A stretch of 64,000 nucleotides of DNA, from assembly GCF_039654945.1 (NCBI RefSeq), contig NW_027361687.1, positions 73,470,001 to 73,534,000 on the forward strand, written 5' to 3'. Below, in pieces: positions 61,675-64,000 of this stretch (position 1 is its first letter; every line of letters begins with the position of its first letter). The stretch comes from Dendrobates tinctorius. Its lineage: Eukaryota. The position numbers and the translations under genes were made by a program. The notes under the pieces are model-generated. The model ran no database searches. It was not told the origin of the DNA and saw only the letters and a program-made list of their open reading frames with translations.

Positions 61675-64000
61675 CCCCTTTACCCCCAAGGGTGGTTTGC
61701 ACGTTCATGACCGGGCCAATTTTTACAATTCTGACCTTTATGAGGTAATAACTCTGGAACGTTTCCATGGATCCCGGTGATTCTGACATTGTTTTCTCAT
61801 GACATATTGTACTTCATGTTAGTTGTAAAATTTCATTCAAATAACTTGCGTTTATTTGTGAAAAAACGGAAATTTGGCAAAAATGTGAAAATTTCACAAT
61901 TTTCCAACTTTGAATTTTTATGCCCTTAAATCACAGAGATATGGCATACAAAAAAACGTAATAAGTAACATTTCACATATGTTTACTTTACATCAGCACA
62001 ATTTTGGAACCAAATTTTTTTTGTTAGGAAGTTACAAGGGTTAAAAGTTGAACAACGATTTCTCATTTTTACAACACCATTTTATTTCTACGGACCACAT
62101 CACATTTGAAGTCACTTTGAGGGGTCTATATGATAGAAAATACCCAAAAGTGACACCATTCTAAAAACTGCACCCCTCAAGGTGCTCAACACCACATTCA
62201 AGAAGTTTATTAACCCTTCAGGGGCTTCACTGGAATTCTTTGAATGCTAAAAAAAAAATGAACATTTAACTTTTTTTCACAAAAAAAATTACTTCAGGTC
62301 CAATTTTTTTTATTTTACCAAGGGTAACGGGAGAAATTGGACTGCAAAAGTTATTGTGCAATTTGTCCTGAGTATGCTGATACCTGATATGTGGGGGGAA
62401 CCACTTTTTCTGCGCATGGCAGAGCCCAGAAGGGAAGGAGCGCCGTTTGACTTTTTCAATGCAAAATTGGTTGGAATTCAGATCGGACGCCATGTCACGT
62501 TTGGAGAGCCCCTGATATGCCTAAACAGTGGAAACCCCCATAAGTGACCCCATTTTGGAAACTATACCCCCCAAGGAACTTATCTAGATGTGTGTTGAGC
62601 ACTTTAAACCCCCAAGGGCTCCACAGAAGTTTATAACGTACAGCCATACAATTAAAAAAATCATATTTTTTCCACAAAAATGATCTTTTCACCCTCAATT
62701 TTTATTTTTCCAAGGGTAACAGGACCCCAAAAGTTATTGTGCAATTTGTCCTGAGTACGCTTATACCCCATATGTGGGGGTAAACCACTATTTGGGCGCA
62801 TGGCGAAGCTCGGAGGGAATCAGCGCCATTTGACTTTTATGGCTGGAATTGAGATAGGACGCCATGTCGCGTTTGGAAAGCCCCTGATGTGCCAAAACAG
62901 TGGAAACCCCCCACAAATGACCCCATTTTGGAAACTATACCCCCCAAGGAACTTATCTAGATGTGTATTGATCACTTTGAACCCCCAAGGGCTTCACAGA
63001 AGTTTATAACGCCCGGGCATGAAAATAAAAAAATCATATTTTTTCCACAAACATGATTTTTAGTCCCCAATTTTTTATTTTCCCAAGGGTAACAGGAGAA
63101 ATTGGATGCCAAAAGTTGTTGTACAATTTGTCCTGAGTACACTGATACCCCATATGTGGGAGAAAACTACTGTATGGGCACACGTCAGGGCTCGGAAGGG
63201 AAGTAGTGACGTTTTGGAATGCAGACTTTGATGGAATGGTCTGCGGGTGTCATGTTGCCTTTGGAGAGCCCCTGATGTACCTAAACAGTGGAAACCCCCC
63301 ACAAGTGACCCCATTTTGGAAACTAGACCCCCCAAGGAACTTATCTAGATGTGTGTTGAGCACTTTAAACCCCCAAGGGCTCCACAGAAGTTTATAACGT
63401 ACAGCCATACAATTAAAAAAATCATATTTTTTCCACAAAAATGATCTTTTCACCCTCAATTTTTATTTTTCCAAGGGTAACAGGACCCCAAAAGTTATTG
63501 TGCAATTTGTCCTGAGTACGCTTATACCCCATATGTGGGGGTAAACCACTATTTGGGCGCATGGCGAAGCTCGGAGGGAATCAGCGCCATTTGACTTTTA
63601 TGGCTGGAATTGAGATAGGACGCCATGTCGCGTTTGGAAAGCCCCTGATGTGCCAAAACAGTGGAAACCCCCCACAAATGACCCCATTTTGGAAACTATA
63701 CCCCCCAAGGAACTTATCTAGATGTGTATTGATCACTTTGAACCCCCAAGGGCTTCACAGAAGTTTATAACGCCCGGGCATGAAAATAAAAAAATCATAT
63801 TTTTTCCACAAACATGATTTTTAGTCCCCAATTTTTTATTTTCCCAAGGGTAACAGGAGAAATTGGATGCCAAAAGTTGTTGTACAATTTGTCCTGAGTA
63901 CACTGATACCCCATATGTGGGAGAAAACTACTGTATGGGCACACGTCAGGGCTCGGAAGGGAAGTAGTGACGTTTTGGAATGCAGACTTTGATGGAATGG
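61675..64000 (-). mobile_element. Second copy of the piggyBac-type TTAA element, inverted, running off the window
   Basis: TTAG|CCCCTTTACCCCCAAGGG.... 61675-62520 is the reverse complement of ~8560-9412, and the same satellite follows. Confidence 0.9.
62521..64000 (-). repeat. 761-bp higher-order (dimeric) tandem repeat
   Basis: ORF-track peptides at 62800 and 63561 are identical (offset 761), and the sequence appears identical from ~62566 onward. Confidence 0.92.

Overview
Eukaryotic, almost entirely repeat-derived DNA. The mix of V-SINE, CR1, Rex1/Babar, Penelope, Tc1, Harbinger, hAT, piggyBac-type TTAA elements and Gypsy solo LTRs suggests an anuran (frog) intergenic or intronic region; this is an inference. 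I found no host protein-coding exon. The only intact reading frame is a 340-aa DD34E Tc1 transposase (54566-55588) in a complete element. Main structures: a head-to-tail array of three non-autonomous Helitrons with foldback, CpG-rich bodies dense in YY1-like motifs (1700-3577); a near full-length Penelope-like retroelement with pseudo-LTRs, each carrying a minimal hammerhead-like motif with a non-canonical core (9916-18926); two full-length two-gene, intron-containing PIF/Harbinger elements (35113-40136 and 46890-51809) that share intron positions, a C-terminal YxDL motif in the Myb/MADF protein and a long hairpin between their convergent genes, the second lying in a MITE-element-MITE train with a matching outer TGA; two inverted copies of a TTAA element with internal satellite; and many nested insertions with readable target-site duplications. 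All alignments and boundaries were read by eye and no database search was run.
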